Assembly: GCA_037447605.1 (NCBI GenBank)
Contig: CM074811.1
Location: forward strand, 2,604,001 to 2,668,000
DNA from: Zygnema circumcarinatum SAG 698-1b
Lineage: Eukaryota; Plantae; Zygnematophyceae
Reading direction: 5' to 3'
Length of the DNA stretch: 64,000 nt
The notes under the pieces are model-generated. The model was not told the origin of the DNA and made no database searches. It saw only the letters and a program-made list of their open reading frames with translations. The position numbers and the translations under genes are program-made. Each line of letters starts with the position of its first letter. The stretch's first letter is position 1. This document shows positions 12,161 to 24,335 of the stretch, piece after piece.

Positions 12161-12921
12161 GCATCGTCAAATAAGGGAATTTATGAGAAAAACCCTTAAT
12201 TCCCTTGAGCAAAACTCGGATTTTTCCCCTGATGATGTGTTCGCCGGCTTGTTTTGTTTGAAGCCTAAATGCCACCAATAATGACAACGAGAAGTTGTGA
12301 AATTCCAACAAGGACACCAAGACAAGTTTGGCCTGAAGGTCACTGCTGCTCGGGACGCACCAAGAGGCCCGTGCGCCTGCTTGTGGGTAGTTGTTGCCTC
12401 GCTTTTGGGCGAGAAGAGAAGGGTGGCGCGAGAGTTGCAGTTTCAAATCTTCCGTTCTTGGCCCAGTGAGTGAGCCTTGGCTTGCGGGTGGGGAAACACA
12501 GGGCAAGCTGCACTTCGTTCAAGGTTTCCCATCTGAATCGACTCGACTGTACAGAAGAATCGAACTTAGTCATTTTGTTGTAATTCACCATGGGGTGAGA
12601 GAGGAGTCGAACTCTGATGCTTCATGTGGTCTTAAATTTTGCCGTAAGGGGGTTGCATGATTGTTCATGTATGAATGGCCCGCTTTCTCGACTTTGCAGG
12701 TGGGTGATGACATTCGAATGCGACTATGGGACAAAAACTTCGTCCAAAGTACAGACGAACTACAAAAAGTGTACAGGAAGGTACAAAATTAGTACGACAA
12801 AGTACCAAAAATACAAAAAATGGTACCGACAAATTTCCCTTGAGTAACTTGAACGAAACTCAAAAAATTCCCTTAATTGAGTGAGATATGCGTTTAAGCG
12901 AATTCCCTTATTTGACGATGC
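12161..12921. mobile_element. MITE-like non-autonomous DNA transposon (~760 bp) with 21-bp TIRs
   Basis: GCATCGTCAAATAAGGGAATT at 12161-12181 with its exact reverse complement at 12901-12921. Sub-terminal AATTCCCTT repeats near both ends. No clean TSD resolved. Confidence 0.75.
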
Positions 12922-14453
12922 TGGCGGGGCCGCGTGACCCGCCCACCGTACGGCGGCCTCCGACGCCTCCGTACAACGTACGTCCAGTCACGCACCCTCT
13001 GTACGGACGTGGGGTTCGGTCAAGGCTGGGGCAAAAAAACCAACGGAGGCGGCGGCAAATTCCTTTTCCCTTTTGTTTTTGAAAACAAAGAGTAGGGCGA
13101 GGTTTCGGGTTTTGGCGCGTCGCGAAAATTTTGGAAGGCTCCGGGAAGGGTAGAGAGTTCTCGGAGCATTCCTGTAATATGTTTTGGAGGCCGCGACTGG
13201 TCCGTATAGGCCTTGACCGCGGTCGGTGGATGGCTAACCTGACTGGCTGACTGACTGACCTGACCGACTGTCACCTCCCTTCATATTCGCGGGAGGCTGA
13301 ACCGGTCGGTCGGTCGGTCCACGGGCCTCCCTAACGGCCAAAGCGCCCGCCCGCCCGCCCGTCATGGCGCCATGCGGGGACGGCGGGACTCGGGGAGGCG
13401 GGGCGCGGGGGGAGGGGCTCGCGGACCGGCACGGACGGTACGGTGCCTGTGGCGGACGGTACGGTGAAGTGGCCTCAAATCGGTACGCAGTTCCGAAATT
13501 TTTGGTCTCAAATACGGAACGGCGGAACGGGACGAAACGACACGAAACGGAACATGATGTAACGGAACGGTGCAGAACAGGGACGACAACGGGAACGGAA
13601 CTGAACGGGATGTAACGGAACGACACGTGAAAGCTAAGCGTGAAACAAGGGGAACATAGAACCAAGTGAAGCAGCACGGCAGGGCGGGGGGACTCCAAGC
13701 CGCCGATAGTTGTTCTCATGTGAAACATGCTCTTGTGAGCAGGCTCCTCAAGTCTGATAGACTCTTATGGGCCGGAAGTTGCACCCGCCGTCGGCAATTG
13801 CGATGCTTTTGAAGCTGTGATCCGTCGATTTTTGGTTCCAAAGGTGCAAATTGAATAAATATTGAGGATTTTAGGAGGATTGTTGAAAGGAGGATTAAAG
13901 CTTGTTAGAAGCTGCTTGCGAGCTGCTAGGAATGTGAGGCTGCGACTGGCGTGGGGGAGTCATTGCTCCACAATATCGGCTCCATAGACAGATTCCAAGG
14001 GAGAGTTGTGCAATGACCTCGCGATGGCGACGCCATAAAATGTTACATCCACAACTGTGCCATGTGTTGAAGGATGAACCAATGTGAGCTCTCTAGGAAC
14101 ATGAGCGGACCAATTGCTTCATGGCCCACCAGCACAACACGGCTCTGGATTGCTGCCTGCACTGACAGGCAAAAAAAAAGGAAATAGGCAAATGTTCGAC
14201 TGTTCGACTGCTCTCGCACAAACGGGGAACTTCACGTTTGCAGCACTGCGGAGGGTGTGGTGTGAGCACGAGGATAGGTCGATAGCCGCACGCCTCAAAG
14301 ACGATGATGGGGTCGTAGTCATAGTCATAGCAGCTCTCAGCTAACCGCTTTCCTTCCCTTTCCTGCAGTAGAGCTCTTCTTTTTCAGTTCGCATTAATCT
14401 TTCTCATCTGCTACTGCTCTGCACGTGCTGCTCAGTGGTGCCTCGCAGCAGAA

Positions 14454-17400
14454 ATGGATTCTGGAGGTGCGATTGTGTCGTTCAAGGGCGTCGTGGCCTG
14501 CCTGGGGGGTGCTGCACTTTACTGGCTGAGTCGCAGTAGCGGCAGGTGAGCTAAGGTGTTCCTTTGGAAGTGGAATTCTTAACCTGTAGGGGTAGGTTAA
14601 CAAGCCTTTAGATGGTTTCGCTTAATAATGGTAAGGAACAAGTTGTTGGTTGCAAGTGTCTGCGTGTTCTGGCTTATGAGACGTTCTAGCTTCAGGTATG
14701 CATGCAGTCCATTGTGACATTGTAGCGCCCATGCTCTCTCCCTTCCATTAGGTCAACTTTCCTTTTCTGGCAAGCTATCCTTTTGTCTTCCAACAAACTT
14801 GACCTCGTTGATGACGTGTTGCAAACGCTGTAAGGCTTTTGTTTTAAATTTAGCGTCCTGTATAGTTTTACTGAGTCTTTTTTCTGCGCCCCACTAAGAC
14901 GAACTATTGTAATTTGTATCTTCCTATTTGGCATTAGGTCAGAAGTAGCTGATTATCCCAGAGCTGTTGACCAACAGGCTTCTTTCTCTTTGGAAATACT
15001 GCTTTCATTTCCAGCACTGCTGAACCTTGAATAAAATCCCGACTCCTTGAAAACGTTGTTGGTACCTTTAGAAATGCTTGTTTATTTTAGTTTTGGGGAG
15101 CATGTGTCCGTTTATGAGTGTCCTTGGTTTATGATACTCAATTTTAGATGATCCCGTTCCTGATCCTTGCTAGCTGACTGTGGAATGAACATGACATTGT
15201 GCCTGCAGAGATGCAGCCACTTTAAAGTCCGCGAAGAGGATTAACGAGCTTGCTGAGCTTGGTAAGTTGTCAGAGTTAACAGTAAAGTCGGAATTGAATG
15301 CAGCTTACTTCTATAGATGCAACATTCTGGTGAAGAAGGATAGGCAATGCTTGTACGCTTAAATTCTTATCCATTTTCAGTCTCGTTTTCGGGTTGTCGT
15401 TGTTGTGTGTGTGCGTGTTCGTTTCGTATTCCTAATCTTCCCATGTGCCGATCATGATGTATTCGATTGCTTTTTGTGCCCTTGGCAATGTAGCCTCTAT
15501 CTTGGACAATGGAAAGAAGGTTTCGCCGTTTATTGTGGCTGTGGTGGGAAAAGTTGGATCTGATTCTCCCATCACATGGGAAGGCAGCAATCTTAAGGGT
15601 GTTATCGTGGAGCAGATGGTAAGCAGCTCCTTATTGCTCACTTGTGTTTCTTTTGGGCTCTTGATATTGCCCTTCTCAAGATGAACCATTCTTCGACTGG
15701 AAAGAAAGGCAGGGTCTAGAACGCACGCAATAGTATGCTGTGTTCTATCATAGTGTGGAAGCGTTCAAACTGTGTCATTTAAAATGAAAAAAAAAAGAAG
15801 CACATGAGCACAGCAAGCATCAAACCCAGGCGGCAAATGCCTTTTGTCGGCAGCCTGAAAACCTTAAAATAAAAACCTAAAAAAAAAAAAAAACCCCCTT
15901 AAAATGGAAAGGCTTAACGTGCCTGCATATTTGTCCAATGTACGGAGTAAGTGTTATTGCAAACCAGGCAGGCAAATGTCATTTAAAGGAAGTGCGTTCT
16001 ATAGTCTGAGACATGCTGAGAAAGGCAAAAGGCAAATCAGAAGGAATGGGATATGACATGCCTTCGTTTGTCAACCAGTAGTTGCTCAGTTTAGATGAAG
16101 ATGGACTCTTAGTGAAGGGTGAGGCAGTAATTGGAAGCAAAATTCAGCCAGGAGATTGGCAGCCTTGATGTGATCCCTAGCCATCCTGCCTTTCCAAGCA
16201 ATGCAACTAACTGCATGTATCTGCACAGAGTTTAAAACTACCACAAGTTTTAGTGCGATATATCAGCTGACGGCAGGTGGTAATACCTTTTGCTTTGCCT
16301 GAATGTCTGCAGGCAGAGCGACATTTCTTGAAGCACAGTGAGACTGGTTCGTGGGTTCAAGATTCAGTGCTTATGGTGGCCACCAGCAAGGAAGTTCCAT
16401 GGTATCTGGTGTGAGCACCTGCTTTTGCTTCTTGTCAATGCTTCCAATAGGAAGTGCCATTTTTGTATAGTAGAATGAGTTGTATCCACATATTTTGAAT
16501 GTCAGGAGCCGTACTAGTGAGTGTATGCTTTTGATTGTATAATTTAGTTTTGGACTTTTGCCGGTTTAGTGCATTTCATTGTTGTGTTTAACTGAACAGA
16601 CTGGTTCGTTATATTTGTACTTGTTTCACAACAATGTCTCTTTATTAGGAGATGAAGCTCGCGGCAGCATTTCAGGAGTAGATTTGTGGATTTTCACCCC
16701 AAGAAATTCCACAATTTTGAACCAATTCTAGATGTTAAAAAAAGTTTCCTGTGCCATATATTGGCCTGATATGAATACATTTGGGGGGGGGGGGGGGGNN
16801 NNNNNNNNGGGGGGGGGGGGGGGGTGGTTCAGGAAGATGCGAGTGGGAAGGCTATGATTTTTGGTGCGAGAAGTGCTTTCGGTCTTGAACTTCCTGTTGC
16901 TAGTGAAGTGTTCGAGGAATGTCCAAGCTCCCTCGTGCGAGGCACGCTGGATTACCTTCAGGGGCTCAAGGTGCGGTTGGGCTCTATTATCTTTCTTACA
17001 AAATGTACTGCCAACGTAAAAAGACGAAAAAAAAAAAAAAAAAATTGCCTTTCTTGATTATGGAGCCGCTTTCTATATGGATAGAGAATTGGGCTATCTC
17101 ACGGAGCAGGGTTTTTGCAAGCTCAAGGGTGTATGAGAACTAGGTTTCTTTCTATGATGTATGACCCCTAGATGAGAACCTGCATTAGTCTCGATTCAGA
17201 CCCATTTTTCTGGTAGCATCAAGCTGGTAGCAGTTCGTTCAGTCCTTCTTGCAGTAGTTGTCAGTGGTTTTGATAGGACTCTGGCCAGTAGCAGTGATCA
17301 GGCGAACAAATTAGCTTGTACATTCATCTCTGAACAAGTACGGGCAATACTTCTTCCTGTTAGTGCTGTCTTCAATACTGTGTGCTTTGGCTGCAATGGC

Positions 17401-19221
17401 CATTTAAATCACTTGAAAGCATAATTCAAGTGCAAAAGATCATAACAACTCAAACAGACATTGCATTGCATTGGATGCAGCAGATGTTGGGAGTGAAAAA
17501 GGTGGAGAGAGTCCTCCCGATTGGCATGCCCCTGACAGTTGTAGGGGAGGTGTGTTTCCCTTTCTCTTGTTCCTTTCCTCGTGATTCTGTTTGTTGGCTG
17601 ATATCCGAGTTGTGTCAATATATATCTGCCATGGCGGGAGAGGCTGTTTGGCAGACGTCATGTACGCCCCCTTAATGGCCAATCTGAAACTTTTCAGAGT
17701 GAAATACTCTTAAGGTGAAAGTCTAGACCGGACATCTCTTATTTGTATACTCATTGACTGGACTTCTTCTTTGGGAAGGCAACAGGCAGTTCGTGACGAG
17801 CAAGGCTCAGTGCGAATTCAAAGGCCGCATCGGGGATCTTTTTATGTGTCCAGCAAGAGCTTAGAGCAGCTTATCTCCACTTTAGGAAGATGGTCAAGGT
17901 GTGTTACGTTTAAGTGCCCACATATAGAAGCGCAGAGCTCTCTGCAACTGAAACAAAGCCATAAACTGTTTGTGTCTGTTGCTTGCTGAGATGTGCATTT
18001 TTCTGAGCTACCCGCGCTTTAGAACTGGCTGGTTTTCTCCTGTTCAGTGGTCTAATGGTGCATGTTTCACATAGAAGCATCATGGCAGTCGAAGTCCGTG
18101 ATATCTTTCAGGCACTGAGTAGCATGCTAACTTTGTGCAGGTTGTATACATGGCTCTCCATCGGCTGTACTGCGATGGGAGTATGGCTCCTTGCTCGCCA
18201 CACTCTCCACCGCATGGGAGAGAAGCGCCGACGAATGGCATTGCGTCGCAGGTGGGTGTTATTTTAGCTTTACAAACTGCGACTCTTTTCGGAGCGCACG
18301 TGGCACTACTTCACTTGCCTCCCTCACTTCCCTCTCCAGCTGTCCTTCCCGCAACTGTCTCCCTTCTCTGTCTGCGTCTGCGTGTTTCCTCGTGATGTTG
18401 AAATGGACAGTTGTACTTACAACATCAACATCAACATTGTACTTACGGCTACGGGGGCCATGGTTTTACTTGTAATGCGAACATTAAGGTTCTAAATTGT
18501 CTTGTTTCGTGCCTGGTTAGATGTATTGCAAACAAGTCTTGATTTCTGACTTGAGCGTGCAGAGTGCTGGAAGCTGCTGCCCAACAGGAACAACATCTTG
18601 CTGACGGTGATCTCTTGAAACCATAGAACCATTACTATGCTCATGGCAAGAGAACAGCTTGCATTGTGTACAAGGGGAGGGGGGCTTAATAGGAGAGGCA
18701 GAACAAGGCGTACATTTCTGCTACGGAATCATCGTTATAGGAAGTTTCTCTGATTCCTTTTCGAGCGCAGATGTTACTTGATACGCAAACGCAGCGATTA
18801 TGAGGAAAAAGGTTTCAAACAGCTTTTTAGTTAGCCTTACATTTGAAGGTTGTCATCTTGATTCAAACGGCCTCCCTTCTCTCAATTCGTGCAGGCCAGA
18901 GATCGAATTCTGAAGCGGATGGAGAGAAGCCGGAGGGAATCCTGCCGGACCTTTGTGTTATCTGCCTCGAACAGAAGTACACGGCGGTTTTTGTTCCGTA
19001 AGCTCTCTCACTGATTCCTTCTTCAATCCCTCCCACACTATGAAGGAAAGGATCTCCTGCCTTTGAGGTGTAACTGAGTTTGTTCTGACAGCTCCTTTCT
19101 ACGCGTTTGGCTGGTCAGGTGCGGTCACATGTGTTGCTGCTCCCTATGTTCTGCACAGCTGAGCAATTGCCCACTCTGTCGGCGGCACATCGACCAAGTT
19201 GTGCGAGCGTACCGCCATTAA
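14454..19221 (+). CDS. SP1: SP1/MUL1-type E3 ubiquitin ligase (TM-GIDE-TM-RING), chloroplast outer-envelope type, 11 exons
   Basis: Exons 14454-14545 (GAALYWLSRSSGR), 15209-15261, ~15495-15618, ~16313-16408 (HFLKHSETGSWVQDS), ~16833-16970 (SLVRGTLDYLQGLK), ~17484-17549, ~17786-17898 (FYVSSKSLEQLIS), ~18142-18251, ~18563-18606, ~18895-18997 (PDLCVICLEQ), 19119-19221 (CGHMCCC...CPLCRR, stop). The motifs follow Arabidopsis SP1 in order, by recall. Confidence 0.93.
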
Positions 19222-20333
19222 TGATCCCTTGCCACGAAGGGATCTGTAAATATACTGCTCGAAATTTGTACGGAGCTGCCAATTTTTAGGCCAAGCTCTA
19301 TGTACAGTTGTTTGACTTTGCATCAGAAAGTCGTGTGCTGGAGAAGTGTGTCAAGCAGTTAAAGACATCTGTTGGCAACGGCTGAGACAGTGTTGATGCG
19401 CAAAGGTTTCTGTTTAAAAAATGCCCATTGTAGATTCCGTCTTGTAACTCCTTTCACATTAGGGGGAGTCAGTCCTTCACGATCGCTTACGAAATTCCCT
19501 CATTCCTTACACTAAAAGTCACTTCTTTCGTGAACGAGTTCCGGGTCGGGATCTGCAGCTCCGCCGAGCCCAACCGTACCGAAATGCGTACCGAAATGCG
19601 AACCGAAATGCGTACCTAGTGTTGACAGGCTTATGAAATTGATTTTGCGATGGTCAAGGTGGTGTTTTATGTTAAATTTCCCCATGTGCCCTGAAAAGTC
19701 TTGCATATGATTTATGGCATGTGACTGTAGAACTAATCTTTATACGAGGGTTTCGTATGATTAGACGGGCTGACTTGTCGGAATAAGTTACTTGTGCATC
19801 AACATGACAGTCTGCTGATCCGCAAACCTTGCTCATAGGAGTTTCAGGACATTGGAAAAAAGGCAGTTGCAAGACAGTCCAAGCATCAACGAAGGCCCCA
19901 CGTGTTGTTCTAAAAAGGAGCCACGTCCATTTGAATCATATGCAAGGGGCTGCCAAACAGGCTCACAACAAACAATCCGTCTTGCTCTCATGTCGTCTCT
20001 CAAATGTACACTTGGGATGGCTGGTGAGCAAGTTCCTACAATACCTGCAACCACTAAGCTACACAGCATTCATACGGCATTAAGAAACCAGCCGTCACTC
20101 CAATACCAATCAAAAGAACGCTCCAACACAAGCAGTAGCCACCTGCACCGCTCCTCTTCCCACCCACTCAGCCAACGCCGTACCGCCCAATCCTTCCCTT
20201 TCTAAAGAGGCAGCCGAAGCAGGGTTTATTCACAAAAGCAGAACAGCTACCAAAAGAAGGCTTCAGACAACAGAGTGGCGAACAGAAGCATGGAGCGGAG
20301 CACATGCGAAGCCTGCAAAACAGAACTTGTGCA

Positions 20334-23300
20334 TTACAAACGTGCATCTGCATTGAGACTGAAAGTGCGGCTAAGTTCCAAGCGATATTCCAACGCCCGC
20401 ATGTGATGTCCGAGCAGCATGCACCTGCACCCAACCAGGGAGCAGCCAATGTTGGCACACTGCGCTTGGACGAAATGTAAAGCTACAAGAGGCTCAAAAC
20501 AAAGTACAGTCCGGGACATACATTGGTCAATAAGCCACCCAGCAGACTCGAGGTGATACTGCCTGGCTAGTCAGCCGGCTGGCCAGACAGGCAGCAGATA
20601 CACAGTCCCTGAGGGGCTCTATCACGGAATGACGTTGCATGGGAAGTTAGCAGCTTCCCAACCGTTTTCAGTCAGCAGCCGGCACTGCATCTCCAGATGA
20701 TGCTGGATAGCTGCCCGGGAGCGAGGCCTTACCAGCAACGAAGGTGACCTATGGGGCTGGGGATCTTGAGTCTTGCTCTTACAGCACCCTGCTGCTGCAC
20801 ACCCAAATACAGGCCGTGGACACCAGACCAACCGTACTTCCCTCACCACGAGACACTAGTGTCAGTCCAGACCCCAGTTAGTAGATCTATCCTAGTGGGG
20901 GGTGGATCCCTACCAGAAAAGAAGGCGAGCAAGATAATCCCGGCTGGCGGTGACGGTTGCTTGAAACTGAAGTGGAACGTTCCCTGCCAATTCCGTGTCC
21001 GTTTCATGGTCCCACACACTGGCCATCGAACTGGCACTGGTGTTGCTGCTTCCACCGGATTGGCCCAAAGAAGACGATCCCCGAACAGCAGGGCTGAGGC
21101 TTCCCAGCAAACCATTGATGACCTGCTGAATCACTTCCTCAACCTCCGTCGAGGTTGGTTGCGACAGCTCCGCCACCTGAACAACAACCTTCAACTTATT
21201 CAGGAACCTCATGCAAAGCCACGGGTTGCGAAGACGGTGAATAACTTACAGTAGTGTACAAATTTGAACAAACCCAGGAAGAAACTTTCTATCTTTAAAA
21301 AAAAAACGGCGTGATTCTTGCAATGTGAAGCTCTTCTCTTTATATAGTGCCCTAAGCATTGCCTGCAAAACTAGACACAGGGTGAAGCCTTGTGATGTTT
21401 CCATCAAAGTGCAGCATCACTTGCACCAATTGAGATATACTGCCAAGAACCTCCTCAATGAAACTCACCTTGTCTGGATCAAGAGACCGCAGATAATCTA
21501 GAACTTCATTCTGGTCATCTGTGACAACATTATCAACCTCCAGCTCTGCAAGAGTCCTCTTGCAATCCTCCAGCTCCTGCACAGAAACAAGACTGAGATC
21601 AGAAGTCTTTCATCGGGCTAAGTCCGATTAGCTCACAGTACAAACACATCGGGTAGGAAACGAGATAGTTGAAGCTTTAGACACCAGAGCCAGGAACAAC
21701 ACCTGAAAACCCAAACAGCGGCGCTATAAAAGACCACGCAACCATTCAACGCATCGCTACATTCAGAGAAAAAACAGAATCTATGAGCATAAACAATAGA
21801 CACCTGCAAACAGACATTTGTGCATAGTCAATCAATTCAGATTAGAGAATCTCAGCTCCGGACTAAGAATAATATTCACAGGCAGCACGGGACATCACTG
21901 GAAAAGAACGTCAAACCGTGAGCGGAAAAGAAATGCAAGCAGAAGAATTTCAAAAGAAAGTTCTAGGACACTCAACATATTGATTGGTTCCAAAAAACCT
22001 TCCACAAGACCGGTTATGAGATAATATGGCACACCTGTGAGGCTGCAGCCATCTGCGATTGGAGCTGCTGGATGTATGCCAATGCTTCTGGAGAAAGCTC
22101 TCCAAGACCCCGAGGGACATCAAAAACGAGAGGCACAATCCCATCATTGTCGCTTCTACATGAGGTCCGCTCAGGAAAGGGCAGATACACATCATTTCTG
22201 GTGCCGGATTCCAAGGACGAGGTCGCGGCCTCGTTACCCTCCGCATCCCTCGTGGAAGGCGGTAAGTCATCAGCCTGCCAGAGAGGACAACCTTCAGCAC
22301 TGTCTGAGGACAGGTCAAGAGACCGTTGCAGGCACATGCGGTACTCCGCGTTTCTCAGGGTGTATCTGCATAGGAACAAGACGAGACAGCCCTCAGGACA
22401 CTTCGCAACATCTTTCAGAATATCAGGAAAGGACCACACTACTCTTTTTCGTAACTTTCAACGACAGTTCTTTATTCGGAAAGATGACTTCCTGGTCAGA
22501 AAAGAGTGACTTCACAAATATCCAATTCTTCACTGAATAGCAATAGAGAATTGCACCTCACCCTGTCATCATTGCTGATACCAATAACCGGGCAAGAGGT
22601 TCTCGCTCCATTTCCACAGATACGTGAAATTGGTCCGATGGAAGTATTCCTAGCATGCCTGAGATAGTCCTCTTCATGGCGTCCATACTGTTTACAGAAG
22701 CATCTTTGCTTATGTGACTCACGTCCAGAGGCTCTATTTCTTGAATCAGGCTCAGCAAAACGGATCGATCCCTGGCCTGCCAACCACAGAGACATTCGTG
22801 ATTACACTTCCTGGTAGCTCTTTCATTCATACTCTTCAAAAGCGACTTCTCATTCAAGCCTCTGACCCCATGGACCTCCACACCCCCTGACGATTGTTGC
22901 AGCTTCTAAAACAGAAGGAAAAAGCGACCAAGGCAAACGTGCAGAATTCAGAAAGTTATCACAAATTCAGACTACAAAGACAAAAGTAACATCAACAAAC
23001 TCTTGCCGGTACACTTCAAGCGCGTGCTCCAGTGAACTCTACGGAACCACACGCCAGGCACGTTTTCCACACTTAAACACGCTGAAACCTGAACGGCCTT
23101 CAGATTCCTACTGCATGTATGGAGATGTTAAATTTGCACACCAATTCTAACATCAGCATGTCAGCAGTGCACACTCACTTTTCTTGATGGTCCTTTCCTT
23201 GATTGAAACCTCTCGCTGGCACTGCTATCGCTCTCGGCACCTTCCCAGAACCCCCCCCCCATGCCGGGCAGCAAGCACACTGTACTTCTTACCCCCCTTG

Positions 23301-23592
23301 ACATGCTACCGGTCACCTTCTTCCTTCCACTAAGCTCCTCCCTTCCAAAATCCTCATACAAATACCCTAAGCTGCACGCTTGCGGCTGACTAATACGTCC
23401 AAACCTCATCATCTTCCTGCCCGCCCTCTTCTCCCCTCTCGCGGAGCTCCCTTGCAGCATGCAATTCCCACCCTCATTCTTTCTTGCCGCAACTGCCTCC
23501 TCCACATGTGCGGACGGTACAGCAGGAGCCGCACATCCTACACCTCTCCCTGCGCTCATGAGCGACACACCGGAAGACAAACAGCCCGCCAT
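20334..23592 (-). CDS. DUF760 protein (UV-B-induced At3g17800-like), probable plastid transit peptide, 6 exons
   Basis: Transit-peptide-like first exon 23592-~23189. Then LLSLIQEIEP...DAMKRTISGMLGILPSDQF...SAMMTG (~22775-22570), YTLRNAEYR (~22375-22040), NEVLDYLRSLDPDK (~21580-21470), SRDYLARLLFW (~21175-20915), CMLLGHHMRALEYRLEL (~20424-20334). Confidence 0.9.
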
Positions 23593-24335
23593 TGCAGAGC
23601 TCTCTCCCTCTTTTGCTCCTCCCTGCCTCTCTCCCTCTCCCTCTCTCGCTCTCTCCCTCTCCCTCCCTCTCCCTCTCCTGGACCTCCAGGACAGGTGTCA
23701 CTTACAGGACCTCGCTCCCTCCCTCCCAGGCAGCCGCAACCCCCCCCCAATATCCCCCACTTTCCTGTGCCGTCCATTCGGAATCCGTCCCGTGCAAACC
23801 CGTTGCACGTAAGAACAACAGCGCGCCATGCGCTGGCAGAGTATCTGTTCCATGTGTTTGGACGCCCGGCGGCCTTGTGGCAGGGCGGCCCCGAGCGCGA
23901 GCGAGGCCGCGACTGGAGCGAGCGGAACCTGTACGGACGCCTCCCCATTGGCGCCCTCCAACGCGGCAGATCGCCGGTGGCTGCCGGCCGGCAGCAGGAC
24001 TGCCGCTGACCGGCAGGTTTGAATGGCGGAAGGTGAGGTTCTGAAGGGGCCCAACCGGACGGCCGTGGGGACGACCCGCCGGCGTGGCTGCCGGCCGGCG
24101 GCCAGCAACGGACCGCTCCGACGGGTCGACGTCGCTTCACATGCGTGAATCCGTCAGAAATCGAAACGGTCACAGGACTGCCCTGAGAATACTGTACATA
24201 GACCCTTAGCATAAAGTCACAAATGTACTTCATTTTGGATTCAATCATTCAATACATAGAATCGCTTCGTAAAGTCAAGCATTTCGTGAACACACTCCAG
24301 CAGAGCTGCCTCCCCAGTTCCCTCCAGCCGCCGCC

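Noticed and set aside
13490-13630. AACGG/GAACG-rich run as MSA cell-cycle elements for SP1
   Set aside because: Looks like a simple pentamer tract analogous to the GATAC tracts inside TEs. Nothing supports regulatory function.
13740-14110. Possible retroelement or transposase remnant on the minus strand
   Set aside because: Translations gave no motif I could assign to any family.
19577-19614. 12-bp repeat ACCGAAATGCGT x3 downstream of SP1
   Set aside because: Short local tandem duplication with no further structure or coding context.
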